Shown here: positions 46,227 through 54,538 of the stretch, in pieces | Position numbering within the stretch: position 1 is the stretch's first letter | Layout: every line of letters starts with the position of its first letter | IMG/VR virus record: IMGVR_UViG_3300021400_001692 | Location: 14,815 to 78,814 of that record | DNA from: a virus | Lineage: Duplodnaviria; Caudoviricetes | Length of the DNA stretch: 64,000 nt | Strand: one strand, 5' to 3' | Program-made: the position numbers and the translations under genes | Notes under the pieces: model-generated | Database searches by the model: none | What the model was told of the DNA's origin: nothing | What the model saw: only the letters and a program-made list of their open reading frames with translations

Positions 46227-48235
46227 TGGCTAACTTAGTTGAAAGGCCGGAATGGCCGGATTACATATACAGGCTGCAGGCGCACACGGATCCCGTGTCT
46301 GGCGGCTCCGAGGGCGTGCATAACCGCCAGCCCAGCCAGGTTGCCAACCGCACCCGCTGGCTGCTTACCATGCTTTCCAGGGAGCACTCCATCACGCGCA
46401 ACACGCACCTTGTTTCCGCCGAGCAGGTTGCCGAGGACGCCGCCATCGACGAAGAGAAGGTTGTGCTCGATGCCACGTTCGGCGAGCTGCGCGAAGCCCT
46501 TGCCGAAGCCGCGGCCAACATTGCCCTTGCCGAAGAGAAGGGCGCCGAGTTTGCCGGTTCCGACGGATACAGGCTGGAAGCCCTGATGCAGGCGCAGATA
46601 CGGCTTTGGAAAACAGGCGCGCACCAGCACGCCTGGGAGTTTTTCCGCGGGGCGCTCACCATATCCGGAGCGGCGAAGCCGACGCCCATTTTCTCGACCG
46701 TGCGCGGCGACGACACCATCCTCATTCACGACGTTTCCGGAATTTCCGTAGGCCAGGCGCTGCTTGCATGGTCTGGCGACGGAACGGACACGGAAGCGTT
46801 TGTTGTGAAGGAGATTCTGCACGACACCAGCATTGACGAGTACCGCATACTGGCCGATCATGCGCTGGAGCACACCCGTGATGGCGGCTACGTCGGCGCA
46901 ACCAGCTGGGACGTGAAGGACGGCTACGCCATTGCCAAGCCTGGCAGCATCTACATGGCCGCAGGCGTCACCACGCTGTCCGAAGCGTGCTCCGGCCTGC
47001 TTGTTATGCATGCCGACCAGGAGCTCAGCGTTTATGTGCGCATGTCCGGCGAAGACACCTGGCAGAACATTGCAGTGTCTGACATTGTGAGCGGCGAAGA
47101 CGGCGTCGACTACCTTTACAAACTGCCCAGTGGCGTATTCGACTTGCGCATAGTGAACAACTCCGGCGAAGACGCCGAGGTTGGCTACCTGGGCATTATC
47201 CCCGACCGCCCTGCGCTGCGCCCCGATCCGATACGCAAGCCCAAGATGTATCTTCCGGCTGCCGGAACCGTGTACCGCGATGATCTTGCCCCGGTGGCTG
47301 ACCTCCCAAGGGTGGCGTACGGAGATAACATAACAGGGGTTGATTTCTGGTTCCATAGCGACAATGTGGACAAGGTTTACCATTCACAGGGGGCGCCTTT
47401 TTATCAGGTGCTGACCAGGATTCCTGCATCGTCGCTTAATGAGGTTGAGCAGGAGTTCAATGCTGCTTATAACGACGGCATCCTTAGCTGGAGCGGCATG
47501 CGCATATACGTGTTTTCAGATGAAGGCGTTGTTAGCAGTGCAGAGCTGACTCAAGCAGAGAGCTCAGACGACTCCATAAAAAACAAGGCGGACGAGCTTG
47601 TCCCAGCAGGCAACGTAATGTGCATGGACATTATGTCCTCCCCGGGCCGTGGACCGTTCATACGTTTCTTTACTAGGCACGGCAACGCGTGGTCTTTGTT
47701 TATGGGAGTAGTGCTCCAGGCAGGAAAAAGCATAAGCAGCAGCACCGAAGTAGATGATTGCCGTGCCTATGTGAACGCTTCACTAGATGCGGAGGCAATC
47801 AAGCTGAACGACATGTCCTTTACGGAAATCAGCACCCCGGGCACCACCCTTAGCCCAGAAGATATCCCTGTCGAGGCGGAAGACGCTTCGCGCCTCTGGC
47901 CAGACCTCGTCGAAGGCCAGTGGGAAATCCGCTGCCGCTACGTAAGCGATGTCGGCGACGAGTCCGACTGGTCAGATCCAGTCGCCATACGCCTGGTTGA
48001 TCCGGTCCGCTACTTCAGCATGTACACCACCACGGACGAAGATCATAACAATGCCCATTACGGGCCGTTCGGCAGCACTGAGGACGACAGCGAAGGCGAT
48101 ATCCGCGATGCCGAGCGTTCCGGCGCGATGTATTCCCTCAAGGACGTCACCATTGGCCGCTTCGGCTTCGCCGGTGGAACCGATACCTACGGATTCGATA
48201 ACGGCACGTTCATAGTGCCTGGAATGGAGAACTAG
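46226..48235 (+). CDS. Tail fibre-related protein, paralogue 3
   Basis: ERPEWPDYIYRLQ..DPVSGG..G.HN.Q..QVANRTRWL; GDDTILI; RCRYVSDVGDESDWS matches RIRYVDYEGAVSRWS of paralogue 2. Confidence 0.7.
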   Translation: MANLVERPEWPDYIYRLQAHTDPVSGGSEGVHNRQPSQVANRTRWLLTMLSREHSITRNTHLVSAEQVAEDAAIDEEKVVLDATFGELREALAEAAANIALAEEKGAEFAGSDGYRLEALMQAQIRLWKTGAHQHAWEFFRGALTISGAAKPTPIFSTVRGDDTILIHDVSGISVGQALLAWSGDGTDTEAFVVKEILHDTSIDEYRILADHALEHTRDGGYVGATSWDVKDGYAIAKPGSIYMAAGVTTLSEACSGLLVMHADQELSVYVRMSGEDTWQNIAVSDIVSGEDGVDYLYKLPSGVFDLRIVNNSGEDAEVGYLGIIPDRPALRPDPIRKPKMYLPAAGTVYRDDLAPVADLPRVAYGDNITGVDFWFHSDNVDKVYHSQGAPFYQVLTRIPASSLNEVEQEFNAAYNDGILSWSGMRIYVFSDEGVVSSAELTQAESSDDSIKNKADELVPAGNVMCMDIMSSPGRGPFIRFFTRHGNAWSLFMGVVLQAGKSISSSTEVDDCRAYVNASLDAEAIKLNDMSFTEISTPGTTLSPEDIPVEAEDASRLWPDLVEGQWEIRCRYVSDVGDESDWSDPVAIRLVDPVRYFSMYTTTDEDHNNAHYGPFGSTEDDSEGDIRDAERSGAMYSLKDVTIGRFGFAGGTDTYGFDNGTFIVPGMEN

Positions 48236-48236
48236 A

Positions 48237-48797
48237 ATGAGCACTAAATATCCCGCGTGGGCGGCTGACGGCGGCAACAACGTCCAGATGCCCACCCCTG
48301 AGAAAATCGCTTCCGGATGGGTGCAGCGCGACTATCCGCCGAACGAGTATTTCAACTGGTGGCAGAACAGGGCGGACAGCCGCCTGGACAACCTTGAGTC
48401 TCCGCGCCTGATGAACACAGCCTACAGCGCTGCAAACGTCCGCGAGGGCGTGCTTGCCGACGGGTCGCAGTACGACGTGCCCGAATACGTCGTGGGCAGC
48501 GGGCAGCTCAAGGTGTTCCTTGACGGCATCCTGTGCATGTGCGCAGGCGTGTACAACAGCACGGGCACAACCGTGTCGGACACCCCCGAAGGCACGTACT
48601 TCGAAGTTGGGCAGAACGGCAACACATCGACCACCATCAAGTGGAACAACTCTACCGGAATAGCTACGGATATCGAGATATTCGTGGCGGTCCCGAATAG
48701 GGCCACGGAGAACACCTACATTGAAGCTGCTGCTGAACAGGCTGTTGCCGAAGCACTCGGCGCTGCCACTACTGTTACGCCTGGAGAACCTGAATAA
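48237..48797 (+). CDS. Tail fibre-associated protein
   Basis: P.PEKIASGW....PPNEYFNWWQNR N-terminal motif; LKVFLDG. Confidence 0.6.
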   Translation: MSTKYPAWAADGGNNVQMPTPEKIASGWVQRDYPPNEYFNWWQNRADSRLDNLESPRLMNTAYSAANVREGVLADGSQYDVPEYVVGSGQLKVFLDGILCMCAGVYNSTGTTVSDTPEGTYFEVGQNGNTSTTIKWNNSTGIATDIEIFVAVPNRATENTYIEAAAEQAVAEALGAATTVTPGEPE

Positions 48798-48814
48798 CAA
48801 AACGGGGCTGACCC

Positions 48815-49387
48815 ATGCAAACAGTGAACGGATCATATATGGACGTGAGCTTTTTTGACCGGCTAATGACTATGTCGGAAAACTTCTGGTATTGCCTCAA
48901 CACCTCCATCATCGGAGGGTTCGGCGGAGCTATCTACCATCTTCTGACAAGCAAGGACAACTCGGTCAGGGCCTTTATGAAAGCCATCGTCGTTTCCATG
49001 TTTGTCGGTCTCACTGTGGGGCTGTTCTGCAGCTATGCGCACCTCGACGTTGCCATAGCCTGCGGGCTTTCCGGGATATTCGGATTTGCCGGGGGCATCA
49101 GCATACTGTGGTTCATCTCCATGGTGCACAAGAAATTCGGCATCAACGCGAGCGCAGATATGATGCAGCTGCGCGAGGGCATACTTGGCTCGGTGCCGCC
49201 CGAAACGGTACTGGCCAACCTCGTGTGCAAGGGAAAGCTTTCGCTGGTCGACTGCCGGAAAATGTTCGCCGGAGACCTTACGGCGCTGATGCACCTTGTG
49301 CAGGAGAATCAGCTTTCAGGCGAAGATTTCGGGCGCCTGAGCGCCCTCATAAACGTGGTGCGGGAGTCGCAGAGTGCCCATGAATGA
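48815..49387 (+). CDS. Putative holin
   Basis: Three hydrophobic helices (IIGGFGGAIYHLL; IVVSMFVGLTVGLF; IACGLSGIFGFAGG); end of late operon; exact start uncertain. Confidence 0.7.
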   Translation: MQTVNGSYMDVSFFDRLMTMSENFWYCLNTSIIGGFGGAIYHLLTSKDNSVRAFMKAIVVSMFVGLTVGLFCSYAHLDVAIACGLSGIFGFAGGISILWFISMVHKKFGINASADMMQLREGILGSVPPETVLANLVCKGKLSLVDCRKMFAGDLTALMHLVQENQLSGEDFGRLSALINVVRESQSAHE

Positions 49388-49643
49388 TACCGGATACGAC
49401 GCAGCCACATGGGAAGCCACCGACATGGTTCAGGATGGCGGTCCCCTGTGGCTGCTGCGGATGTTTGAGAAGTCTGCCGCCGCGCTGCGCGCCGGCGGCG
49501 TAGGCGCTCCGTCAGTCTATTCGCAGGGGTACATCGTCCTCGACGTTCCCACGCTGATAGACCAGGCCAGGGCGCTGAACAAGCGGGACGACGAAGCCCC
49601 GCAGGTGTTCAACGCTATTCGGGCGTATATGCCTCTTCCATAG
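49380..49643 (+). CDS. Hypothetical protein
   Basis: 87 aa; overlaps holin end. Confidence 0.5.
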   Translation: MNDTGYDAATWEATDMVQDGGPLWLLRMFEKSAAALRAGGVGAPSVYSQGYIVLDVPTLIDQARALNKRDDEAPQVFNAIRAYMPLP

Positions 49644-49950
49644 GATCGTCGAGGTGCTCGGCGCGGACGAAGAAGTCTTCGTACATTTTTTCAAGCGGGT
49701 GTTCAGACCCGCTTTTTATATTTACGCAGTAGGCCACGTTGTCCATCGGAATAACCGTGCCGAAAGGCTTGAGCGGGTCAACTATGCCCAGCGGCGCATG
49801 CCCAAGCGTAAGGCGGACGTTGCCGTCGTTGTCATAGGTAAGCGTAAGCGGCTTGTCCAGGCGCACCATCTTGTCGTCCGAGCCGCAGTCCATGCCGACA
49901 AAGCCGAAGTTGCCGTCCTTGCTGGCGACAAGCATCATTGTTCCTTCCAT
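49615..49950 (-). CDS. Hypothetical small beta-barrel protein
   Basis: 111 aa; GGAGG RBS. Confidence 0.6.
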   Translation of the reverse strand: MEGTMMLVASKDGNFGFVGMDCGSDDKMVRLDKPLTLTYDNDGNVRLTLGHAPLGIVDPLKPFGTVIPMDNVAYCVNIKSGSEHPLEKMYEDFFVRAEHLDDPMEEAYTPE

Positions 49951-50498
49951 TTTTTCACTACCTCCATCCTGTGGCGCAGAAGCGCCCTGTTTGTTTCGTG
50001 CTTCACTACAGTTTCAGCCGGGGCGTAGGCATACCAGGCGAACTTAGCTAAAAAATAGGCGTCGCATACGTCGCTGGACGCATTCAGGCCAGCCTCGCGG
50101 CCGGCAGCGTCCATCATGGCTGGCTTCTCCGCAAACGCATCCCTGGTTGCAAAGGTTTTCACCGTCGTTGGCGGCACAAGGCCGAATCCGCCTTTGCAGA
50201 GCGGTATCACGCGGGCCTTGAGTATCCCGCCAAGCTCCGCCAGCGTAAACGCCTTGTGCGGGCTGTTGAACGAGTAATGCTCGTAGCAGGCGCTGATGTC
50301 CCCGTACTCCTCGAGAAACTCGCCCGTGTTGTCCGCTATGCGCCGGTAGCGGGCTATGTCCTCAACATCGTTGACGTGCGTGCCTCCGTACACGTCGCAG
50401 GTTTCCAGCACGCGGCCCTCCCCATTGAGAACCACGATGCCGGTGTCCTTCACTGACGGGTCGATGCCTGCGTAAACGCGTCCCACTGCTGCTTCCAT
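49935..50498 (-). CDS. ruvC: RuvC-like Holliday junction resolvase
   Basis: VYAGIDPSVKDTGIVVL, ACYEHY, LAELGGILK, VPPTTVKTFAT, DVCDAYFLA RNase H-fold motifs; start placed at ATG 50498. Confidence 0.85.
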   Translation of the reverse strand: MEAAVGRVYAGIDPSVKDTGIVVLNGEGRVLETCDVYGGTHVNDVEDIARYRRIADNTGEFLEEYGDISACYEHYSFNSPHKAFTLAELGGILKARVIPLCKGGFGLVPPTTVKTFATRDAFAEKPAMMDAAGREAGLNASSDVCDAYFLAKFAWYAYAPAETVVKHETNRALLRHRMEVVKKWKEQ

Positions 50499-50662
50499 TT
50501 GCCATCCTCCGTGTAAGCAACATTCCCGCAGCTGAAGCAGTACCAGGCGTCCCCGTCCCTGCGCCACTCGATGCGCCCGCACTTGTGGCACGCGCTCTCC
50601 GGCTCGTGCGCCGAGAGCAGCTTTGCCTTCCGCTTCAAGCGAATTTTTTCTATAATGTCCAT
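50450..50662 (-). CDS. Small zinc-ribbon protein
   Basis: CHKCG...CFSCG; 70 aa. Confidence 0.65.
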   Translation of the reverse strand: MDIIEKIRLKRKAKLLSAHEPESACHKCGRIEWRRDGDAWYCFSCGNVAYTEDGKWKQQWDAFTQASTRQ

Positions 50663-50703
50663 CCTTGCCATACCTTGTATATTGTGCAAATCCGGCAAGA
50701 TGT

Positions 50704-50815
50704 TCAGCTAAAAAAGTGAATGCCGCTTTATTAGTTGGGCATACTTTATATGTTACCTCCTCAGTAACAGGGAGGCTTACGGGATTCCTCAACCTCCTTG
50801 CCCGTAAGCCTCCCT
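50704..50815 (-). ncRNA. Structured 3' RNA element/terminator directly downstream of RT
   Basis: 15-bp perfect stem (50769-50783/50801-50815), 6-bp stem (50751-50769), third bulged stem ending in TTTTTTAGC. Confidence 0.5.
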
Positions 50816-50819
50816 TATA

Positions 50820-51911
50820 TTAAACCGCAGCCACGATCCTGTCTACATATTCCTGCACAGTTTCGCTGGCATTTTTATATCCCATTATCTGATTGCGCAG
50901 CCTTTCCCTGGTCTGCGCATTTACGTTCATGCGCTGAAGCGCCTTCGATGCCTGGAACAGCTTGTCCAGCCACATGGCGTGCTTCTCGTTCACGGTGCGC
51001 ACGTAGGCTATGTTGCCCTGCATCACCTTGTCGATGTGCGTTTTCCTTCCGAACTTCTTCTGGCTCTTTTCCCATCCGTCGATGCACATGTTGAAGGCCA
51101 TGGCCCGCATGCTGTCTATCTTGCACTTTTCCAGCCTGGCCACCTTGTTCAGCACCACGCCGAGAAACTTCATGTTCCTGTGCGGATTGTTCTTTGAGAT
51201 GGATGCCCAGTCATGCGCCTTGAACCCTCCGTTCTGCAAAAGGGTGTGCACATATTCCTTGTAGGCGTCGCCAAAGCCTTCCGGCTCAGGCTCGTACAGG
51301 AAAAGCTGGACGTTGTCGCAATACCGCATGTACCTGCACTGCAAGTCCGGGTAATGCTCATGGAGCCATTTCAGTATCGGCTTGTCCAGGTACCTCGCCC
51401 CTACCAGGTTGGAAATTGCCGGAGAAGCAGGGCTTCCCTGCTGCAGCGTGCAAACGTCGCCGCGGCGGACTACGCAATACTTGCCGATAACCCGGCCGCC
51501 CTTGCTGGCAAACCCAGCGTCAGCCAGCGCCTTTTCGATGTGGGGCAGCTGGATGTGGTCGTAAAACTTTCGGATGTCAAATGAAATAAGCCTCTGCGCC
51601 GTGCCTGCCAGCTCCTTGAGAAGGTCGCCAGGACAGAGGTTTTCGCGGTACGCCACGATTGCCTCCTGCACGTCCATGGGCAGATTCTTCATTGTCGGCG
51701 CAACAATAAGCGCAATGCGCTGCTGCACTCTCAGCAGCGGCTCGTCGGACTTGTACACCGTCCTCTTCCCCAGCCTGATCTCATGCTGCATCTTGTCCCT
51801 GTCATGGTGCACCCATGCCAGGTGCTGCAAGGACAGGGCAAGCGCAGCCGAAAGCGTTGTCCAGTTATCTATCGTCTTAACCGGAAACGCCGCTGTTCCT
51901 TTCGCTCTCAT
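50820..51911 (-). CDS. Reverse transcriptase, retron-like/unclassified, with YCDN in place of YADD
   Basis: LISFDIRKFYDHI (motif A), LQQGSPASPAISNL (motif B), YMRYCDNV (motif C), FLGVVLN (motif E), thumb GNIAYVRTVN; 363 aa. Confidence 0.9.
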   Translation of the reverse strand: MRAKGTAAFPVKTIDNWTTLSAALALSLQHLAWVHHDRDKMQHEIRLGKRTVYKSDEPLLRVQQRIALIVAPTMKNLPMDVQEAIVAYRENLCPGDLLKELAGTAQRLISFDIRKFYDHIQLPHIEKALADAGFASKGGRVIGKYCVVRRGDVCTLQQGSPASPAISNLVGARYLDKPILKWLHEHYPDLQCRYMRYCDNVQLFLYEPEPEGFGDAYKEYVHTLLQNGGFKAHDWASISKNNPHRNMKFLGVVLNKVARLEKCKIDSMRAMAFNMCIDGWEKSQKKFGRKTHIDKVMQGNIAYVRTVNEKHAMWLDKLFQASKALQRMNVNAQTRERLRNQIMGYKNASETVQEYVDRIVAAV

Positions 51912-52459
51912 GCTTCAAAAGCCTCCTCAACCATGTCGATCTCGCACTGGAATGCGTTGATGTCCATGATGCTGATGTTTTCCTTGTTCAAAAGCCACCG
52001 CAGCGTAGGCAAATACCCATAGTTTGCCTTGCTCCCGCCAATTACCAGCTCGATAACGACGAGCCTGTCCAAGCCCCCTGACACCCATGAGCCGAACTTC
52101 CTGGGATGGAACCCGGAAAGGCGCAGCTTTCCCCTGCTGACATACAGCGGAACTATGAGGTACCCAGCATGGAACAAATACCTCAAGTTCTTAATGGGCA
52201 TTTCGTTGTCATAATAGGCATACCGTTCCGTGTCGAACGGCATCGGCCCGTGCAGGGCGACATAGTTCGGAAACATGCGCATAAGCTGCTTCCTGTTTTC
52301 CGCATAGTACGCCCCTGGGGTGAACAAGAGCCTGTCCGGCGGCCTGCCCTCGAGAAGCTTGCAGTTCACTTCCGTGATGAGCTTGCTGCTCCATCCCTTG
52401 CCAAAAAGCGCGTCTCCAAAAAGCGCCGTCCGCTTGCGCGGAATTTCTTTCTGATACAT
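51908..52459 (-). CDS. Unknown protein translationally coupled to RT
   Basis: ATG at 52459 after AGGAGG; stop overlaps RT start (ATGA); 183 aa, aromatic-rich. Confidence 0.8.
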   Translation of the reverse strand: MYQKEIPRKRTALFGDALFGKGWSSKLITEVNCKLLEGRPPDRLLFTPGAYYAENRKQLMRMFPNYVALHGPMPFDTERYAYYDNEMPIKNLRYLFHAGYLIVPLYVSRGKLRLSGFHPRKFGSWVSGGLDRLVVIELVIGGSKANYGYLPTLRWLLNKENISIMDINAFQCEIDMVEEAFEA

Positions 52460-52480
52460 CAAAACCTCCTGTGGTTTAAG

Positions 52481-52490
52481 GCTTATAACA
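52481..52490 (-). promoter_or_regulatory. Putative extended -10 early promoter of RT operon
   Basis: TGTTATAAGC on - strand ~22 nt upstream of the start codon. Confidence 0.65.
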
Positions 52491-52514
52491 ACGGGGCGGC
52501 GAATTTTGCCTGCC

Positions 52515-52531
52515 CAGCTAGGCAATCTTTA
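52515..52531 (+). promoter_or_regulatory. Putative phage late promoter motif
   Basis: CAG-CTAG-GCAATCTTTA upstream of 52556 ORF. Confidence 0.6.
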
Positions 52532-52555
52532 AGTAAATCTTTAACGGAGATGCAT

Positions 52556-53512
52556 ATGTCGATCAAAGACCAACATTCCGATAAGTCCAGGGCGCTTCTC
52601 GTCAAGTGCGCGTCCAGGCTTAACGACCAGAAGCTGGCTGAACAGGTTTTGGCTGCCGGCCTGGAAAAGAAGGCATCCGCCAGCAGCGAGTACGCTTGGG
52701 AGGACGCCAGCCTGTTCCCCGTGGGCACGCCGGAAGAAACCGCCGTATCCAGGGTATACTTCAATGGGCAGCGCGAGAAAATAGCCTCCGCCATTGCCGA
52801 CAAGATTGACGCCAGGCTTTCCGCTTTCGAGGAGCTGCACGGCATCCATGGCGACTTCTCCCTCCGCAAGCTTGAGAAGAAGGCCGCCGACGACGCCATT
52901 GAGCTTCTCCCTGGCTACACCGTGCATGGCGATGCCGGGCTGGAAAAGGCGGGCAAGGAATTTATTGAGAAGAAGGCCCAACTTTCCATTTCCGACCGCG
53001 CGAAGTTTGCAAATGCGTACATCAAGGAAGCCGCCATGCGCGGGCTGCGCACGCCTGATGAGATTGTGCAGTACACGGGCATGTACTCCTGCGACCCAGA
53101 CATGCTCAGCCAGGCCCTTTCCCTGCGCAAGACGGCATGCTGGCGGGCTGGAATGGACGGGCGCCCCTTTGTCGACCTTGCTGAAGCCCTTGGCAAAGCC
53201 GACGTGCAGAAGGCCACGTTCCAGGAAAAGGTTGCCATGACGGAAACCATTGGCGCCCTTGATGCGAAGTTCGGACTGGATTCGCCGTACTACGACAACC
53301 GCCTTCCCAACGCCTGGGAATCGGTTTTCAACACCAAGACGGCTGAGGACGACGACGCCTCCGCGGTGAAGATTGACCCGCAGAGCATGACCAAGGCCGA
53401 CATTGCCGCCCGCTATGGCGACGAAGCCGTCGACGCCCTCGACGACGGGCACGGCAACATCGACCGCGACCGCCTGGCCAAGGTTGTACAGATGCTCGGG
53501 GGCCAGCAGTGA
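52556..53512 (+). CDS. Putative head/inner-body protein
   Basis: LEKKAS, REKIAS, LEKKAA, LRKTAC, NTKTAE motifs; start at 52550 or 52556. Confidence 0.7.
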   Translation: MSIKDQHSDKSRALLVKCASRLNDQKLAEQVLAAGLEKKASASSEYAWEDASLFPVGTPEETAVSRVYFNGQREKIASAIADKIDARLSAFEELHGIHGDFSLRKLEKKAADDAIELLPGYTVHGDAGLEKAGKEFIEKKAQLSISDRAKFANAYIKEAAMRGLRTPDEIVQYTGMYSCDPDMLSQALSLRKTACWRAGMDGRPFVDLAEALGKADVQKATFQEKVAMTETIGALDAKFGLDSPYYDNRLPNAWESVFNTKTAEDDDASAVKIDPQSMTKADIAARYGDEAVDALDDGHGNIDRDRLAKVVQMLGGQQ

Positions 53513-54354
53513 GTAAGTTTCAGGCTACGCATCCGGAGCTGCTGTACCGCGCCATGGACAAGCTGTTCGATGGCGAGGACTGGCTTGCCTGGGAGCCTGA
53601 AACCGTGCTTCTGTCCCTTGGCGAAGACATAGCCGACGAGGACAAGGACAAGCTGCTTGCCGTGCATGCGGTTGCATCAAACAGCTCGATGGTGCTGAAC
53701 AACGCGCAGGCCTTTGAAAAGGTGGTTATGGCCTTCTGCAACAACATCTGCATAATGGATGAGTATCAGGAGCCCTACCTTGAAGAGATAATGTACGCTG
53801 TCGGCCAGATACGCAAGATAATCAGGCTTGCCCATCCGGATGACGGCAAGGACGCCGTGTTCCATGGCGAGGTGCCCGGCTATGTTGCGGCCATTGCGCG
53901 GTATCGCGGCTGGTTTATGCTGCCCAGCAGGCTGAGCTTCGCCCAGAAGGAGCTTGACCGCCTTACCGGGCTGCAGGAAGGCAGCAAGCTGCGCAAGGAG
54001 CATGCCGGCATTTTCGAGGCCGTGCAGAAGGCCTGCCGCAACCTGCACACCAGCGATGCGGAAAAGCTGCTGGAAAGCGGCGAGATTAAGGAGCTTGAAG
54101 GTGAGGACACCAGCAAGCTTATTACCAAGCAGATTATCGGCGCCCTTCTTTACGACCCCACGCTGCCGTACAAGCAGGAGAAGGTGGCTGGTGCAATAAG
54201 GCCCGTTGTGCCGCATAACGATGGCACGATGGGCGCGATGCTGCTTGCCGGAGCCGCCGGCGTTATCGAAGAGCAGAACAAGAGCAAGAGACCGCCCATA
54301 ACAGGATCGTATGTGGCTACCGTTAGCCCGAGCGGGCGCTTTCCCTATGCGTAG
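53509..54354 (+). CDS. Hypothetical protein (281 aa)
   Basis: GTGA overlap with upstream gene; helical; C-terminal GAMLLAGAAG segment. Confidence 0.7.
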   Translation: MSKFQATHPELLYRAMDKLFDGEDWLAWEPETVLLSLGEDIADEDKDKLLAVHAVASNSSMVLNNAQAFEKVVMAFCNNICIMDEYQEPYLEEIMYAVGQIRKIIRLAHPDDGKDAVFHGEVPGYVAAIARYRGWFMLPSRLSFAQKELDRLTGLQEGSKLRKEHAGIFEAVQKACRNLHTSDAEKLLESGEIKELEGEDTSKLITKQIIGALLYDPTLPYKQEKVAGAIRPVVPHNDGTMGAMLLAGAAGVIEEQNKSKRPPITGSYVATVSPSGRFPYA

Positions 54355-54363
54355 GAGGATTAT

Positions 54364-54537
54364 ATGACGCTTAAAGACTCGCTGATGCAGAAACTTGCCA
54401 GCAGCATTGCCGTTATCAAAGGATTGCAGGCGGCGAAGCAGTTTAAGCTGAAGAATACTGTGGTTGGCCCTTCCGAAAAGAAGGGGCCTACCTGGCAGCT
54501 TGGACCGATGCATCACGGAATCAATACAGGTAAATAG
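54364..54537 (+). CDS. Small 57 aa protein
   Basis: AGGAGG RBS; MTLKDSLMQKLASS...; not in ORF track. Confidence 0.6.
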   Translation: MTLKDSLMQKLASSIAVIKGLQAAKQFKLKNTVVGPSEKKGPTWQLGPMHHGINTGK

Positions 54538-54538
54538 C

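Noticed and set aside
50045-50056. GCTAAAAAA terminator tail
   Set aside because: It lies inside the RuvC coding sequence (YFLAK) with no associated hairpin.
50513-50792. N-terminal extension of the RuvC ORF in the track
   Set aside because: It overlaps the Zn-ribbon gene and the RT 3' hairpins; the RuvC motif begins just after ATG 50498.
50820-51911. Diversity-generating retroelement or group II intron RT
   Set aside because: It lacks the DGR (I/L)GxxxSQ motif and the intron maturase/endonuclease domains. I saw no TR/VR pair differing at adenines, though this was checked only by eye.
52106-52555. N-terminal extension of the 52106-53512 track ORF
   Set aside because: It overlaps the RT partner gene on the opposite strand; the late promoter motif and RBS point to a start at 52550/52556.
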